Of a DNA stretch of 64,000 nucleotides, positions 1-10,379 are shown piece by piece. Origin of the DNA: an uncultured Planctomycetota bacterium (lineage in GTDB: Bacteria; Planctomycetota; Phycisphaerae; Tepidisphaerales; Tepidisphaeraceae); NCBI GenBank assembly GCA_963841915.1, contig CAWJEN010000005.1, positions 544,001 through 608,000 of the forward strand. Reading direction: 5' to 3'. The first letter of the stretch is position 1; each line of letters opens with the position of its first letter. A model generated the notes under the pieces. It saw only the letters and a program-made list of their open reading frames with translations, ran no database searches and was not told where the DNA came from. Both the position numbers and the translations under genes were made by a program.

Positions 1-1489
1 CGGCGACCTGTTCGGCCGCGGCGAGATGCAGCTGCCGTTCGTGCTGCAAAGTGCCGAGACCATGAAGGCGGCCGTCGCTCACCTCGAGCCGCACATGGAC
101 AAGCTCGACGGCGACAGCTCCAAGGGTCGCTTCGTGTTGGCCACCGTCAAAGGTGACGTCCACGACATCGGCAAGAACCTCGTCGACATCCTGCTGACGA
201 ACAACGGCTACACCGTGTTCAACATCGGCATCAAGCAACCCATCGGCGAGATCCTCGACAAGTTCGCCGAACACAAGGGTCACGCCATCGGCATGAGTGG
301 CCTGCTCGTCAAGAGTGTCGCGGTCATGAAGGACAACCTGGCCGAGATGAACGCCCGCGGCATCACGCCGCCAGTACTTCTGGGAGGTGCGGCGCTGACG
401 CGTGAGTACGTCGAGGAGGATCTGACCACGCTCTACGACGGCGAAGTGTTGTACTGCCGCGACGCCTTCGACGGTCTGCGGATCATGGACAAGATCATGG
501 CCGGCGAAGTGGCCGACGTGGTCGAAGATCAGCGGAAGTCTGCCGAAAACAGACGCAAGCTCAAGGCCGGTGCCGTCAAGCCCAAGAGCACGACGGCTGC
601 CGACATTCCGGACATGATCCGCGACAACCCGGTGCCCAAGCCGCCCTTCTGGGGCAGCCGCGTCGCGACCGACATCCCGCTGAAGAACATCTTCGGCTAC
701 GTCAACGAAATCGCACTCTTCAACGGCCAGTGGGGCTTCAAGAAGAAGGGTCTTTCGGCAGAAGACTTCGAAGCATCACTCGCGGACTCAGCGAGGCCGA
801 CGTTCGAACGGCTCAAGGCAGCGGCCCTCACAGGCACCATGCTCCAGCCGAAGGTCACGTGGGGCTATTACCCGGTTCAAAGCGACGGCGACGACCTGAT
901 CGTTTACGAGCCCGAAGCCTTTGCCGAGTACGACGCCGCCCACCGCGACGAAGGGCCGGTCAAGCCCGACGAGCCGCTGCCGGGTGCGGTCGAGCTGACA
1001 CGCTTCACGCTGCCGCGGCAGGAAGGTCGTCGCAACTTGTGCATCGCCGACTTCTTCCGAAATGTTGAGAGTAACGAGTACGACGTGCTGGCCGTCCAGC
1101 TCGTCACGATGGGCCAGAACATCAGCGATGTGGCCGAAGAACAGCGGGCCAAGGACAACTACCAGGAGTATCTCTATCTCCACGGGTTCGGCGTTGAATG
1201 TGCCGAGGCCCTGGCCGAGATGTGGCACAAACGTATTCGTACCGAATTGGGCTTTGCCAACGAAGACGCGACGGAAACACGCAAGCTCTTCCAGCAGCAG
1301 TACCGCGGCAGCCGTTACAGCTTCGGCTACCCGGCATGTCCGAATCTCGAGGACCGCACGAAGCTCCTGAGCCTTCTCAAGCCGGAGGAGCTCGGCGTGG
1401 AACTGACCGAAGAGTTCATGCTCGATCCGGAGCAGTCGACGGACGCGCTCGTCGTTCACCACCCGCAGGCAAAGTACTTCGACGTGTGA
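1..1489 (+). CDS. metH: Cobalamin-dependent methionine synthase, C-terminal part (cap, B12-binding and SAM-binding activation domains); 5' end outside window
   Basis: ATVKGDVHDIGKNLV B12-binding motif, GMSGLL, RYSFGYPACP and HHPQAKYF C-terminus; frame open from position 2. Confidence 0.97.
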   Translation, partial: GDLFGRGEMQLPFVLQSAETMKAAVAHLEPHMDKLDGDSSKGRFVLATVKGDVHDIGKNLVDILLTNNGYTVFNIGIKQPIGEILDKFAEHKGHAIGMSGLLVKSVAVMKDNLAEMNARGITPPVLLGGAALTREYVEEDLTTLYDGEVLYCRDAFDGLRIMDKIMAGEVADVVEDQRKSAENRRKLKAGAVKPKSTTAADIPDMIRDNPVPKPPFWGSRVATDIPLKNIFGYVNEIALFNGQWGFKKKGLSAEDFEASLADSARPTFERLKAAALTGTMLQPKVTWGYYPVQSDGDDLIVYEPEAFAEYDAAHRDEGPVKPDEPLPGAVELTRFTLPRQEGRRNLCIADFFRNVESNEYDVLAVQLVTMGQNISDVAEEQRAKDNYQEYLYLHGFGVECAEALAEMWHKRIRTELGFANEDATETRKLFQQQYRGSRYSFGYPACPNLEDRTKLLSLLKPEELGVELTEEFMLDPEQSTDALVVHHPQAKYFDV

Positions 1490-1509
1490 TGGGCTTCGTA
1501 GGCTGACCC

Positions 1510-2901
1510 ATGATCAGCATGCGTTCGCTGCAGAAGGACATGCGTGGCCGCCGCGTCACGGTGATGGGTCTTGGCCACTTCGGCGGTGGGACGGCCGTCG
1601 CTAGATGGCTCGCAGAGCAAGGCGCTCGCGTCACGGCAACGGATGCAAAGGCGGCCGATGACTTACCGCAGGAGGCGCGGGATCTGGCCGACCGTGGCGT
1701 TACGCTCAAGCTCGGCGGGCACGAGGCAAGCGATTTCGAGAAGGCGGATCTGGTCGTCGCCTCGCCGGCGGTGCCGCCTGGCAACACGTTTTTGCAGGCG
1801 GCGTTGAAGGCGAACAAACCTGTCACGACCGAGATCTGCCTCGTCGCCGCTCGCCTGCCGACGAAGCTCGTCTTTGGCGTCACCGGTACCAAGGGCAAGA
1901 GCACCACAGCTACGCTACTGGCCAAAATGCTCGGTGCGTGGGAGCCGCTGCCGGGTGACAAGGCCGAGAAGGTGCGGGCAACCCGTAGCCGCTATGTCGA
2001 CATCACCGACACCGCGCCACGCCGCGTCTGGCTCGGTGGCAACCTCGGCGGTTCACTGCTCCCGGACCTCGACCAGATTGGAGAGAAGGACCTTGTCGTC
2101 CTCGAGCTGTCGAGCTTCATGCTCCATTATCTCGGCCAGCTCCAGTGGTCTCCGCACGTAGCGGTCGTCACCATGGTCGGCCGCGACCACCTTGCCTGGC
2201 ACGGCGACGAAGCCGCGTACCACGAGGCCAAGCAGCACATCGTGCGGCATCAGGCAGAGCATGATTTCGCGGTGCTGCCGACGAACTCTGCGACGGCCCG
2301 AGCATTCCGCGATCACACGCCGGCGAAGATTGTCGAGTACGGCAAGCGGGCCCACCTTCCGGCGGCGTTCGCGCCGGACCTGCCGGGCAAGCACAACCGC
2401 ATCAACGAACGCGGCGCTTACGCCGCGGCGGCAGTGGTGGGCGTCTATCCGGATCAGGCCGCCCAGGCGTGCCGCGACTTCACCGGGCTGCCGCATCGCC
2501 TGCAACTGGTGCACACCGACCAGCAAGGCGTGAAATGGGTCGACGACTCCATTGCCACGATTCCCGAGGCCGCCGCCGCTGCGTGTGAGGCGTTTGCCGC
2601 CGGAACGGTCGTGCAGATCATCGGTGGCAGCGACAAACGCCTCGACCCGGCCGCGATGGTCGAGACGCTCAAGAAGCGCTGCCGGGCCGTCCTGCTCGTC
2701 GGCGACACCGGTCCCGCCTTGGCCGACGCACTCGGAGATGTTGCGACCGTCTGCCAGACTCTCGACGCCGCCGTCGCCAAGGCTCGCACGGTGGCACAGC
2801 CGGGCGACGTCGTGCTGCTCTCGCCCGGCTACGCCAGCTACGACCAGTTTCCGAACTTCGACGCTCGCGGAGAGGCCTTTGCAAAACTTGCACAAGCTTG
2901 A
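1510..2901 (+). CDS. murD: UDP-N-acetylmuramoyl-L-alanine--D-glutamate ligase
   Basis: VMGLGHFGGG, GVTGTKGKSTT P-loop, GGNLG, VLELSSF, LPHRLQ, VDDSIAT, VLLSPGYASYDQF motifs. Confidence 0.95.
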   Translation: MISMRSLQKDMRGRRVTVMGLGHFGGGTAVARWLAEQGARVTATDAKAADDLPQEARDLADRGVTLKLGGHEASDFEKADLVVASPAVPPGNTFLQAALKANKPVTTEICLVAARLPTKLVFGVTGTKGKSTTATLLAKMLGAWEPLPGDKAEKVRATRSRYVDITDTAPRRVWLGGNLGGSLLPDLDQIGEKDLVVLELSSFMLHYLGQLQWSPHVAVVTMVGRDHLAWHGDEAAYHEAKQHIVRHQAEHDFAVLPTNSATARAFRDHTPAKIVEYGKRAHLPAAFAPDLPGKHNRINERGAYAAAAVVGVYPDQAAQACRDFTGLPHRLQLVHTDQQGVKWVDDSIATIPEAAAAACEAFAAGTVVQIIGGSDKRLDPAAMVETLKKRCRAVLLVGDTGPALADALGDVATVCQTLDAAVAKARTVAQPGDVVLLSPGYASYDQFPNFDARGEAFAKLAQA

Positions 2902-2953
2902 GTAGTTCACCCGCTACGCCTGCGCCTGCTGCGTTGTATGTTCGGACAGCACC

Positions 2954-5149
2954 GTGCCAGACGACGACGACGAACAACTCGATGTAGCCGCCGAAGGCGC
3001 CGGCACAGGTGCCCCGGCGGCCGATCCTTCGGGAACGCGACGCCACTGGGTGCTGACGCTGCTGGGCGTGGTGCTGGTCGGCTTCATCCTGTACGTCGGT
3101 CAACCGGTGCTGATGCCGCTGACGCTGGCGTGCCTGCTGGCGTTTCTGGTCACGCCGTTGTGCGAGTGGCTCGAGCACCGACGCGTCCCGCGGGTGGTGT
3201 CAGTCGTCTCCGTCGTCATCCTTCTCGCTGTCGTCATCACCGGCATCGGGTGGACGCTTTACAGCGGCGTCGAGCGGATCGGTGAGAACTGGCCGGCGTA
3301 CTCGACGCGCTTTGTCGAGAAGGCCAAAGTCCTGGGCGGTTCCGGTCGCAAGAAAGATGAAGACAAAACCGGAGTCGAGAAGCTTCTCGAGGGCGCAGCC
3401 GACACGGGGGCCAAGGTTGCACAAGCCGTCGCCGACGGGGCAGACGAAACCGAGACGCCTGACGACGCTGCCGCTGAGGAGCAACCACCTGCCACACAGC
3501 CGGCCGTTACCGACACGCCGGCACCAGCAGGTACAACAGAGGACTTCCTCCAACGGCTCGACAGTGGCTTCGAATCTCTCGCCGCCAGGACGCAGGGCGT
3601 TGACACCGTCGCGACACAGCTTGTCGAGCGGCTTCAGCTCATCATGTCGGAATTTCGTGACGAACTGCGGACGCAGCCGCTACGCGTCATCGAACTCCAA
3701 CCAGAGCCGACATCCGTCGAACGCGCCCGCATGGTGCTCGGTCAGGTCGCAAGCTACGCAGGAACGGCCGGCCTCATCGCCGTCTTCCTGCTGTTCATCC
3801 TGCTGCAACGCGACGACCTCCGCGACCGCGTCATCAAGCTGGCCGCCGGTCGGCGAATCAACCTCGCGACGCAAGCACTCGACGACGCCAGCCGCCGGAT
3901 CAGCCGCTATCTGCGGGCACAAGCCATCGTCAATGGCACCTACGGGGTGGCCATCGGACTGGGCCTGCTGGGTATTAGCTACGGCGTCGCCGGTGAGTGG
4001 TTTCCGGGTGTGATGCTCTGGGCGACGCTCTGCGCGATCCTGCGTTTCATCCCGTATCTCGGACCTTGGCTCGCGGCAGCTTTTCCGCTGTTCGTCAGCC
4101 TCGGTCACTTCGAGGGCAACGGCGTGGCGCTCGGCGTCATCGGCATGTTCCTCGTCGTCGAACTCATCAGCAACAACGTCATGGAGCCGATGCTCTACGG
4201 CAGCGCGGTCGGCATGAGCGACTTTGCTGTCATCGTCGCGGCGACCGTGTGGACCTTCCTCTGGGGGCCAGTCGGCCTGCTCGTCGCCACGCCGCTGACA
4301 ACGTGCCTCGTCGTGCTCGGCAAACACGTGCCGGCGCTGAGACCCATCGACACATTGCTCGGTAGCGAGCCTGTGCTCTCGCCGCATTCTCGGCTGTATC
4401 AGCGGTTGCTGTCGATGGACAGCGACGACGCCGACGACGAGGTCGAAAAGTACCGCAAGGAGCACACGCTCACCGAGACGTTCGACGATCTCATTCTGCC
4501 GGCACTGGCACTGAGCGAGCGGGACCGCGAGGCGGGCAACTTGACGGCAGACCGTGTGACGTACATCCGCGACTGGATGAGCGACATCGTCGAAGAGCTC
4601 GGCGAACAGGACGATCCGCTGCCGAGTGACAGCGTTGACATCAGCGACCCGACCATTCCTGCGGCCGACGAGAAGCCGGTTAGCGAGCGGTTGGCCAAAG
4701 CCGGCGTCGTGATCCTGCCGGCCAGCGACGAGGCCGACCACACGGCGGCGAAGATGCTCAAGGTGCTCCTCGACCGTCGCGGCTACCAGACCACAACCAT
4801 TGACGAAGACGCCCTGGCGAGTGAGAAACTCGCCGCCGTCACCGGTAACGGAGCAGCCGTCGTTGTCATTAGTGCCGTCCCGCCCAAGGCCGCAGTACGG
4901 GCCCGGTATCTCGTCAAGAAGCTCGCCACCTTGGTAGCGGACGACGGCGGTGCCGTCGCACAGACGCTTGTCGGCGTCTGGGATCGTCGCAGCGATGTCC
5001 AGAAACTCCGCCGCCGCGTCAGCGGCAAGGCCGAGGGCGAGCTTGGCCGCGTGAAAGTCATCACAACGATGGCTGACGCCGTCGACGCCGTCCGCCAGAG
5101 TGCCGAAATCGCCGTCGCCAAGCAGGAGCCGATCAACGGTGAAAGCTGA
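2954..5149 (+). CDS. AI-2E (PerM/UPF0118) family transporter with acidic loop and C-terminal cytoplasmic domain
   Basis: Multiple TM helices; RFIPYLGP, NNVMEPMLYG, WTFLWGPVGLLVATPLT motifs. Confidence 0.88.
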   Translation: MPDDDDEQLDVAAEGAGTGAPAADPSGTRRHWVLTLLGVVLVGFILYVGQPVLMPLTLACLLAFLVTPLCEWLEHRRVPRVVSVVSVVILLAVVITGIGWTLYSGVERIGENWPAYSTRFVEKAKVLGGSGRKKDEDKTGVEKLLEGAADTGAKVAQAVADGADETETPDDAAAEEQPPATQPAVTDTPAPAGTTEDFLQRLDSGFESLAARTQGVDTVATQLVERLQLIMSEFRDELRTQPLRVIELQPEPTSVERARMVLGQVASYAGTAGLIAVFLLFILLQRDDLRDRVIKLAAGRRINLATQALDDASRRISRYLRAQAIVNGTYGVAIGLGLLGISYGVAGEWFPGVMLWATLCAILRFIPYLGPWLAAAFPLFVSLGHFEGNGVALGVIGMFLVVELISNNVMEPMLYGSAVGMSDFAVIVAATVWTFLWGPVGLLVATPLTTCLVVLGKHVPALRPIDTLLGSEPVLSPHSRLYQRLLSMDSDDADDEVEKYRKEHTLTETFDDLILPALALSERDREAGNLTADRVTYIRDWMSDIVEELGEQDDPLPSDSVDISDPTIPAADEKPVSERLAKAGVVILPASDEADHTAAKMLKVLLDRRGYQTTTIDEDALASEKLAAVTGNGAAVVVISAVPPKAAVRARYLVKKLATLVADDGGAVAQTLVGVWDRRSDVQKLRRRVSGKAEGELGRVKVITTMADAVDAVRQSAEIAVAKQEPINGES

Positions 5150-5203
5150 CCCTGGCAGAGCAGCGTTCGCCAGGTGTGCCGTGAGGAGGTTGCGAGGGCG
5201 CAC

Positions 5204-5231
5204 AAAAGCCGCGGCCCATTGGGCCGCGGCT
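5204..5231 (-). terminator. Intrinsic terminator downstream of nusA (possibly bidirectional)
   Basis: 11-bp stem AGCCGCGGCCC/GGGCCGCGGCT with short T run on the minus strand, between convergent genes. Confidence 0.7.
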
Positions 5232-5269
5232 GATACGTCTCCGCTTGGACTTGAACTGGCAAATCCTAC

Positions 5270-6949
5270 TCAACCAGCCGGTGGCGGAACGCGGCCCTCA
5301 GCCAACGCGGCTTCTTCGCCGTCTTCGTCGCTGATTGCCTTGGCGGCCGGGTCGACGTCGTCGCTGACGAGCGGCTCGCCATTGGGCTTGTGCACGGCTC
5401 GCAGTTCCGGCTCGACGTCTTCATCGATGCCGGCCGCCGCGTTCTCGTCGTGCGTGACGACTTCGGAGGCAAAGCCCTCGGTGTGCTCCGTCGGGCCGTT
5501 CATCGTGGCGGCGTCATCGTCGTCCTCGATCGTGTCGGCGGGCGACTCGTCTTCGGTCGGCTCGGCGTTGAGCAACGCGTCGGCTGCGGCGTCTGCGCTG
5601 CGCGGGCCGGCGTCGAGGCTGGCAGTGCTCGCACCACGCTCGCCCACGCCCGGCTCGCCGCTGCCTTGCTCGCGCCCGCCCAATCCCATGCCGGACGGCA
5701 GGTTGCCGAGCAACGCGTTGCGGGCAAGGCTCGCACCCTGCATGCCTGCCGCCTTGAGCTCGGCCTCGCGCTTCTTCTTTTCTTCCTGTTCCTTGACCAC
5801 GATCTTCGCCTCCTCGGTGCAGACGTCGACCATCTTCTCGGCCAGGTCGTACTCAAGATCGAGCTCGTCCATGAGCGGCTGCTCGCCGACCTCCTCGATG
5901 TCGCGGACGTCGATAAGGCCCAACGCGATGATCTTGTCGAGCATGTCCTGATCGCCGGCGACTTCTTCGACCTGACGCAGCACACTCTCGAGGCGGTCGA
6001 TGTTCCCCTGGAACTCCTGGGGCGTGAGGATGTCGACGTCCCAACCCGTCAGGCGTGCGGCGAGTCGCACGTTCTGACCGCGCTTGCCGATGGCCAGCGA
6101 CAGCTGATCTTCGTTGACCACGACCGTCGCCCGCCCGAGTTCGAAGCACAGCGACACCTCGGCCACTTCAGCCGGCTTGAGCGCGTTGGCGATGAGGATC
6201 TGCGACGACTCGTTCCAGCGGACGATGTCGATCTTCTCACCGCCGAGCTCGTCGACGATGTTTCGGATACGGCTGCCACGCACGCCGACGCAGGCACCGA
6301 CGGCATCGACCTTGGCATCAATGCTTGCCACCGCCAGCTTCGTCCGCGCACCGGCCTCGCGGGCCAGCGCCCGAATCTCGATCGTCCGCTCACCGACCTC
6401 CGGCACCTCGCGCTCGAACAGGCGACGGATCAGCTCCGGGTGGCTGCGACTCAGGATAATCTTGACGCTGCTGGGCGTGTCGCGCACCTCGACGATCAGC
6501 GCCTGCACCGCGTCGTTCTCGTTGTGGTACTCACCGGGAATCTGCTCGGAGCGAGGCATGATGCCCTCGACGCGGCCGAGGTTGACGATCATGGTCGGCC
6601 CCTCGAATCGCACGACGCTGCCGTTGACGATTGTGCCGACCTTGTCCTTGTACTCCTCGTAGATGCTGCCGCGTTCGTCCTGGCGGAGCAGTTGGATCAT
6701 GACCTGCTTGACGGTCTGGGCACCGATGCGGCCCATCTTCTCCTGCGTGAGGTGCTCACCGTTCCGCCACATGTCGATCTGACCGCTTTCGCGGTCGACG
6801 GCCACCTGGAACTCGGCCACGTCTTCGACCTGGTACTGGCGGCGGAGGCCACTTGCGATGGCTTGCTCGATGTCGAGGAAGACGGCTTCCTTCGAGATGT
6901 CGCGGTCCGTGGCAATGCCTTCAACGATGCGGACGAGTTCGGCGTTCAT
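5270..6949 (-). CDS. nusA: Transcription termination/antitermination factor NusA with long acidic C-terminal tail
   Basis: GRIGAQTVKQV, S1 domain, AREAGARTKLAV, GACVGVRGSRI, LSLAIGKRGQNVRLAARLTGW KH motifs; start taken at MNAELVRIV. Confidence 0.97.
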   Translation of the reverse strand: MNAELVRIVEGIATDRDISKEAVFLDIEQAIASGLRRQYQVEDVAEFQVAVDRESGQIDMWRNGEHLTQEKMGRIGAQTVKQVMIQLLRQDERGSIYEEYKDKVGTIVNGSVVRFEGPTMIVNLGRVEGIMPRSEQIPGEYHNENDAVQALIVEVRDTPSSVKIILSRSHPELIRRLFEREVPEVGERTIEIRALAREAGARTKLAVASIDAKVDAVGACVGVRGSRIRNIVDELGGEKIDIVRWNESSQILIANALKPAEVAEVSLCFELGRATVVVNEDQLSLAIGKRGQNVRLAARLTGWDVDILTPQEFQGNIDRLESVLRQVEEVAGDQDMLDKIIALGLIDVRDIEEVGEQPLMDELDLEYDLAEKMVDVCTEEAKIVVKEQEEKKKREAELKAAGMQGASLARNALLGNLPSGMGLGGREQGSGEPGVGERGASTASLDAGPRSADAAADALLNAEPTEDESPADTIEDDDDAATMNGPTEHTEGFASEVVTHDENAAAGIDEDVEPELRAVHKPNGEPLVSDDVDPAAKAISDEDGEEAALAEGRVPPPAG

Positions 6950-7060
6950 GATGTCTGGTCGGTCTATGTGGTTGTGCGAGTTGTCAAAGCGGCCGCCCAA
7001 ATGGGCGGCCGCGTCGGTTCACTATAGGCGTTGCCGTGACGGCACGCCGCTCACGTCGTG

Positions 7061-8412
7061 CTATCGACGGCGACGCAGCAGCGTCAGGCCGCCCATGCCG
7101 ACGAGCGCCAGGCTCGTCGGCTCGGGGATGACGACGCTCAGGCGGAAAGCCGACTCGACATCGTCCTGCGTCGTGCCCGTGTTGAACGCGTCGATGTCTG
7201 CTGTGAAGTAGACATCGAGGACGCCGCCGACGCGTTCGCCAATCGCGACGTTGCGCAGGCCGGTGAAGTTCTGCAGGAAACCGGCGTCGGAACCGTCGAT
7301 GACGCCGTCGCCGTTGGTGTCGACCATGTCGCCTTCGGACAACACGACTTCGCCGTTGACGATAAGCACCTCGACGCTGCCCTGGCCGAAGTCTGCATCC
7401 CAGACAGCCGCCCAATCGCCCGACTCGTTGAGGTCGGCCCACTCGACGCTGCCGGTGACGACGCCACCGCCGATGGCGTCGCCTTCGCGGAGCACGATCT
7501 CGTCGCCGAGGAACAGGAACTCGTCGGTCGCAAAGGAACCGGCGGTGTCACCCGACACAAGAAGGGTTCCGGCTTCGTTGATCTTGACGACGTCGAAGTT
7601 GTCCCACGCCTCACCGGCGAGACCGCCGACCGCCGGGTCGATGGCGTCACCCTCGCGGAGGATGCCACTGCCTGCGACGGCTGCGTTGTCGTTGACGACG
7701 ACGACATTGTCTGCCAGCGAGCTGGCGGTGGTGTCGACGTCGTAGGCGTAGAAGGTGCCGTCACGGCTGAGTCCGCCGCCGAAGCCGGGGTTGGCGTTGT
7801 CGACGACAAGGCCACCGGTGCCACCGACGACGTCGCCCGTGACGATGAGCGGCGTTGGCTTACCAGCGGCATCGACGAAGAACGCGCCGCGGCCGATGGT
7901 CGAGCCGTCCGGTGTGTCGCTGTAGGAGCCGACGAAGGTTCCGACGCCGCTGGCGGTCATGTCAGGGCGCTGCCGAAGACCCAGAACGAGTTACCGACGG
8001 GCGAGGCTTCGGGCTCGAGCATCGACTTGACGTCGTTGCGGTAGATCGCCTCGTCGCCGTCGATCTGCACGCCGTGGAGCACGTCCAGGTTGTCGCTGAT
8101 GCCGAAGAACGACTCGACGCTGGTCACCAGGCCGTCGGGCAGGGTGTCACCCTCGACGCGCAGCAACGAGAGGTCGGCGGCGCTGCCGTTGGTGGCGTAG
8201 ATGCGGGTGAGACTGTTGGTGTCGGTGAGCGAGACGCCCCAACCACCGACGCCGTTGGTGGCGACGTTGCCGACGGAGTCGACGATGACGCTGGCGTCAC
8301 CGGGCAACGGCTGACCCTCGGTCACAAGTGCGGTGGCGGTGAGCTGCGCAGCCGCCGGGGCAGCGGCGAGCGGAAGCGCGATCAGCGCGAAACGGGTCGT
8401 GAACGTCTGCAT
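7061..8412 (-). CDS. PEP-CTERM sorted exported protein, split by a 1-nt frameshift near 7968
   Basis: Signal peptide MQTFTTRFALIALPLAAAPAAAQ in upstream ORF; IPEPTSLALVGMGGLTLLRRRR in downstream ORF; adding one base joins them (FGSRPDMT). Confidence 0.82.
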
Positions 8413-8597
8413 AAAAGTCTCCCTGGATGAACGCATAACGAGCGGCAAGCCTGCCGCGTGCGCAACCACCGTCGCGACTTCGTCCCGCCGTGTCAAGGCA
8501 AACCAATACGACGGCATGCTCTTCACGCAACACGGCCGGGCACTCTCGCGCCGACCACCTTATGAACCTCCGGCCGCTTACGCCGCGCGTTTCATCG
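8407..8597. repeat. 191-bp direct repeat copy A (promoter, 5' UTR and ATG of the PEP-CTERM gene)
   Basis: About 14 differences from 11699-11889 by manual alignment; contains TTGACA-17-GACGGT on the minus strand (8496-8468) and GGGAG before the ATG. Confidence 0.92.
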
Positions 8598-8738
8598 TCG
8601 ACTGCGTCGGCCCGGGCGGCTGTGGCATGGAGCCGTTGACAAAGCGACTGACAAAGCAACAGCCGCGTTGCAGAGGCAACGCGGCCGTCGGGTTGTCGCG
8701 TGGCGCGGGGTTGTTGTTGCGTAGCAGCAGAGTCCGGC

Positions 8739-9563
8739 TCAGGCGATCTGGGCCTTGGCCCGACGACGGAGGCCGACGAGGCTCAGGAGCGACACGCCGG
8801 CGAGAGCCGCTGTCGGTTCGGGGACGGCCTCAAAATTGACGCTAGCGGTCGACCCCGACGCATCGTTCAAAGAAATCTCAAACCCATCGAGCTGCCCGGT
8901 GAAATCACCAGCCCATCCCGAACCTGTCGAGATCGCGAGGAAGAAAACCTCTTCATCACGGTAGTCGAAATCGCCGGTCTCGTAGGCACTGCTGGAGTCG
9001 GACCAGTCCACGGGACCGGAGGTCAGGTCGGACAGGAACGGGTCTGTGTAGGTGCCAAAGACGGGACCGGAGGCACCCCGGTTGGCATCAAATGCCCGCA
9101 GTCGATTGGTACCCGATGCGGTCGACCACTGATTCCACGTTCCATCCGGGGCGCTGTAGTTGTCGCTAAAGTAGGGCTCGAAGTTGATGCGACGGCCGTA
9201 CCAGCTGTCATCATCCATGCCATCAGCCCGGGTGTAGATCTCGACGTACCAGTCCACTGGTGTCGGTCCCGTGGTCGTCTTCTTCGTCCAGTAGCTGAAA
9301 TCGGCAATTTCGCCGAACGTGATCGTGCGACCGAAAAGATCGTTGGGCGACAGGTTGATCTGTACCTTACCGTTGAACGACTCACCACCTGAGTTACCGT
9401 TAGCAGAGATCGAACTGCTGCCAAAGGCTGGAGCACTGTCACCGACCACGCCATCAACGGTGTTGATGGTTATATTCGGGGAAGCAGGTGTGATGGTCAG
9501 GTTGGCGGCGGAGGACATGCCGGCCGTGACAAGGACGGCGGCGGTCAAAATAGTTGCTTTCAT
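8739..9563 (-). CDS. PEP-CTERM sorted exported protein of unknown function
   Basis: Signal peptide MKATILTAAVLVTAGMSSA; C-terminal VPEPTAALAGVSLLSLVGLRRR. Confidence 0.88.
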   Translation of the reverse strand: MKATILTAAVLVTAGMSSAANLTITPASPNITINTVDGVVGDSAPAFGSSSISANGNSGGESFNGKVQINLSPNDLFGRTITFGEIADFSYWTKKTTTGPTPVDWYVEIYTRADGMDDDSWYGRRINFEPYFSDNYSAPDGTWNQWSTASGTNRLRAFDANRGASGPVFGTYTDPFLSDLTSGPVDWSDSSSAYETGDFDYRDEEVFFLAISTGSGWAGDFTGQLDGFEISLNDASGSTASVNFEAVPEPTAALAGVSLLSLVGLRRRAKAQIA

Positions 9564-9780
9564 AGTAATCGTCTGCGATTTCCATCGCCCCCCGACCCCC
9601 CAGGTCCCTCCCGGAGTCGTATCGGTGGCGTCGAGCTATTGTCGGACCTTTACCAGCAGTTGCAAGGCCCTACCGTGAGATTAACGAGGTTGCTGCAAAG
9701 CCCGGGCGGATTGCGGGGATCAGGCGGGCTGTCTGGGTCCATCGGCGGCTTTGGGTGGGCCGTTGTGGTGGTGGGGGGGG

Positions 9781-9990
9781 GGCTTTGGGAGCTTCGTTGG
9801 TGGCTTTGAGCGCTTCGTCGTCGGCTTTGGGGGCTTCGGCAGGGGCTTTGCAAGGTTCGTCACCGGCTTTGCGAGATTCGGCGGTGGCTGTGGGGGGGTC
9901 GTTGGTGGCGTTGAGCGGTCGGTTGGCGGCTTTGGGAGGGGTGTCGGCGGCTCTTGGGGTTCTGTGGGCGGCTTCGGGAGACCCGTTGGT
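9781..9990. repeat. Degenerate 21-bp tandem repeat, 10 units (GGCTTTG...), followed by a G-rich tract to ~10080
   Basis: Units beginning GGC(T/G) recur every 21 nt from 9781, e.g. ggctttgggagcttcgttggt / ggctttgagcgcttcgtcgtc. Confidence 0.85.
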
Positions 9991-10284
9991 GAGGGCGGGA
10001 GTGGTGGGGGGGGGGGTGGTGAGGTGATGGGGTGATGGGGTGGTGGGGGGGTGGGGGGGAGGGGTGGTGGTGGGGGGGGATTGTGTCGATCAACATGGCG
10101 GGACGGCGTGGCCGGGCGAGCGTCGCCCGGGGGTTGAATTGCCTGTATGAACGGGTTCGGCCGGTTTGTGTCGTTCAGATCTGCACGTTCGGCGGGCGAC
10201 GTCGTCGCCGCCGAACGACAGACGGCCGACGATTTCCGCACGATGCGTGAGCCCTACCTGCTGTACGAGGATTAAACGGTAGAA

Positions 10285-10305
10285 GGCTCGCGACCCCTTT
10301 ATCTG
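10285..10305 (-). repeat. AAGGGGTCGCGAGC-family dispersed repeat (left flank of ankyrin gene)
   Basis: ggctcgcgacccctttatctg. Confidence 0.85.
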
Positions 10306-10345
10306 TCCTGCACTTGCCTCCCGTCAACTCGCCTGCCGAGTCGAT

Positions 10346-10373
10346 TTGCCCGCCGTAGACCTTCTGGTACCAT
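10346..10373 (+). promoter_or_regulatory. Sigma70-type promoter directly abutting the start codon (leaderless) of the ankyrin gene
   Basis: TTGCCC-16 nt-TACCAT with TGn extension; ATG 6 nt downstream. Confidence 0.6.
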
Positions 10374-10379
10374 AGATTA

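Noticed and set aside
9720..10241. Proline-rich 173-aa ORF and Gly-rich opposite-strand ORFs
   Set aside because: Products of low-complexity G/C tracts; no credible start signals or domains
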